Shown piece by piece: positions 61,900-64,000 of a stretch of 64,000 bases of DNA (positions are counted from its first letter, which is position 1; each line of letters begins with the position of its first letter). A model generated the notes under the pieces. The model saw nothing but the letters and a program-made list of their open reading frames with translations. It ran no database searches and had not been told where the DNA came from. This DNA is from Anthoceros angustus (Eukaryota; Plantae; Anthocerotophyta). The position numbers and the translations under genes were made by a program. The DNA is taken from contig VJWM01000118.1 of assembly GCA_010909165.1 (NCBI GenBank), positions 1 through 64,000 of the forward strand. The letters are read 5' to 3'.

Positions 61900-63775
61900 G
61901 CATGCGGTTTCCTTAGCATTTAGCTTGCTCACGTTCAAGAACTCATTGAACAACGATTGGAAGCTAAAAACGTTTAATGAATAGATAATTGAGAGATTTG
62001 CCGCGTCATCTGTACAGTGAATATTGCTGAGTGCTCGAGGTTTTGAGTCCCGTGAACACAACCTGTAGCAAGAACTGAGCTCCTTTAGCAAACACTAATC
62101 ACGGAGCTCAATCAGGGCATAAACTGGGACTGTCTGACATGGATTCAGGAGCAAGTACAAATAGATCAACAGCGCGCCATCCGTTTATCACCTCCTGCAG
62201 CTGTAGGATGCTGGACTTTTGGAAGATGTCTTGAGCCTGCAACGCTTTCGGCACCGCTTTCGGTAAAGCTCATCTCGGCGTTGGGACTTGCTGTAGCTCT
62301 GAAATTATAGTGCCTGTGGCTGTGATGATACCCATACAGTTGGTTCAGGAGCAGGGGTCAGTTCAACTAGACACAGCTATCCTGCTCAACATCCTTAACT
62401 GAAATAGAAATACCTGCTGCTGAGTGACATTTGAGCCCTGTGGCTTCGGTTGGAAGAGCCCAACAGCAAGACTTTCTGTAGTCTGCCTTTTCCTTTTCTG
62501 GAAGCCTTGTGTTTCAGCAAATGTTGACGTGCACAACGAGGAGCAACCTTGGTGCTGATTAAGAGACTGGGAGCCCTCAAAGGAGTCCACGTCCTTTTCC
62601 ACCGGGGCATGTGCTCCTTCCTGGCCGATCCCCTGTTCCCTGAGAGCCTGGAAACCCCAAACATAGAAACACAAGTCTGTTTTTGTGAGTGTCAGTAAAC
62701 AATTTCTACTCCTCCTAGCCAGTAAGAACTTGAAATCCTCTGCCCCTGGGAATTAGATCTACATTACAGAAGAAAGCCTAGCCCCAACACTCATCATAAT
62801 TCATGTTCGACAAGACACATTACCATCTGCTCCAGCTTCATCACAATCTTCTGCATTACTAAAACGTCCTGCAACTGCACAGAAAGAAGATGTCATGAAG
62901 ATCCACCATTTCACCCTCGTCCCTCGTTCTTTGTGAAGTGAGCAGAAACCTTCAACGCCGTCAGAACCGAGATCTGCAGATGCTCCTCCAATCTCTTCTT
63001 CTCCACATTCGACTGATGAAGTTCCCTTTCCGCCTCATTAAGCTGCAGCCAACACAAAGCATGACTAAATCCCAAGCTCAATGCACACACACGCCACCCC
63101 TTCCATCATAACACCAAACCACACACTCCCTTACCCGAACCCTACACAAAAAAAGCTCTTTCTCCACGGACTTGAGCTGGTCCAGAAGAGAGTGGCCATT
63201 TTCCACACCCTTGAGCCCGAGCTCCACAGCATCCCTAATACCCATCAAGCTGGAAGGCAACTCAACGCCCCGCTCTCCTTCCACACCGCCAGCTACACCC
63301 TCACTCCTGCCTTCAAGCTGCCTCAACCCCCCGCTACTCTCCAGCTTTCCTAGCAGCAAGTTGCAGTGAGCGATGGTGGTGTAGATCTCCTTGTTAGCCG
63401 CGTTCTGCACATCTCTCACGTACATCGCACTCTGTAGGCACCACACACACCAGTGTAAGCCCCCCGCACCCGCTCCCGCATCCAACATAAGACACCCGTG
63501 CCGCACACTCTCCTTACCCGATCAACAACCTCCCGCAGCTGCGCTTCCGCCATGCTCAAGAGCTGCTTCAAGCTGGAAAGTTCGGCATTGGCTATGGCCA
63601 GCTCCGCCTCCACCTGCTCCAGCCTCGCTTTGGTCGGGCTCCCGGTATCCTCCGCACTCGGCGCCAGCATCCTGTCAGAGAAGCCCCCATCGCCCTTGCA
63701 CGCAACCCCATCCTCCTCAAAGCGCCAAACTTCCTCCTCCGACGTTGTCACAAACGTCTCTGTTGATGTTTCCAT
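61900..63775 (-). CDS. Multi-exon coiled-coil protein of unknown function (3' exons uncertain)
   Basis: Exon 63775-63518 (..KARLEQVEAELAIANAELSSLKQLLSMAEAQLREVVDR|GTAAG), exon from 63431 (SAMYVRDVQNAANKEIY..), exon from ~63042 (LNEAERELHQSNVEKKRLEEHLQ), with GT-AG boundaries. Confidence 0.6.
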
Positions 63776-63988
63776 CCTCAAACCGCCACCAACATGGAGG
63801 TCTCCTCAACAGAGAGTGTCGAGCCTGTGCTGACGAACAAAATGGGAGCTTTGCCTCCCACGCTACCCACTGGGAGGACGCGCTTTTGAATTTGTACCCG
63901 CCCGCCCACTTCTGTGTAACGGGACAAACGGAGTGTAACGATCGCGTTTTTTGAAAAAACTCTCTCTACTCTTTTATTGTTCCCGCAA

Positions 63989-63997
63989 TTAGGGTTT
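63989..63997 (-). promoter_or_regulatory. Telo-box AAACCCTAA upstream of the coiled-coil gene
   Basis: ttagggttt on the plus strand, ~210 bp upstream of the ATG; telo-boxes are common plant promoter/5'UTR elements. Confidence 0.4.
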
Positions 63998-64000
63998 ACC

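Overview
Eukaryotic nuclear DNA, most likely a non-seed land plant or streptophyte (short GT-AG introns, telo-boxes, a plant-mitochondrial rRNA fragment). It is indel-rich, like an unpolished long-read assembly, so most reading frames are broken and the ORF track is largely misleading. Positions ~556-50770 are a head-to-tail segmental amplification: two ~19-21 kb units plus a partial third. Each unit carries three paralogues of a small gene encoding an acidic N-terminus plus an RNase H1-like domain with altered catalytic residues, a mitochondrial rrn26 fragment and a telo-box minisatellite. The two full units also carry a nested 4.8-kb solo-LTR-like element and a Ty3/Gypsy retrotransposon. The main finding is that this Gypsy pol encodes a cytosine-5 DNA methyltransferase domain between protease and RT (motifs I, IV as GWECQGFS, VI, VIII-X) and a PHD finger after integrase. 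In both copies a ~1.55-kb segment spanning the methyltransferase and the RT N-terminus is inverted. The last ~13 kb is cleaner: a spliced multi-C2H2 zinc-finger gene resembling a fungal family, a 23-bp-stem hairpin, an acidic ORF and a spliced coiled-coil gene.
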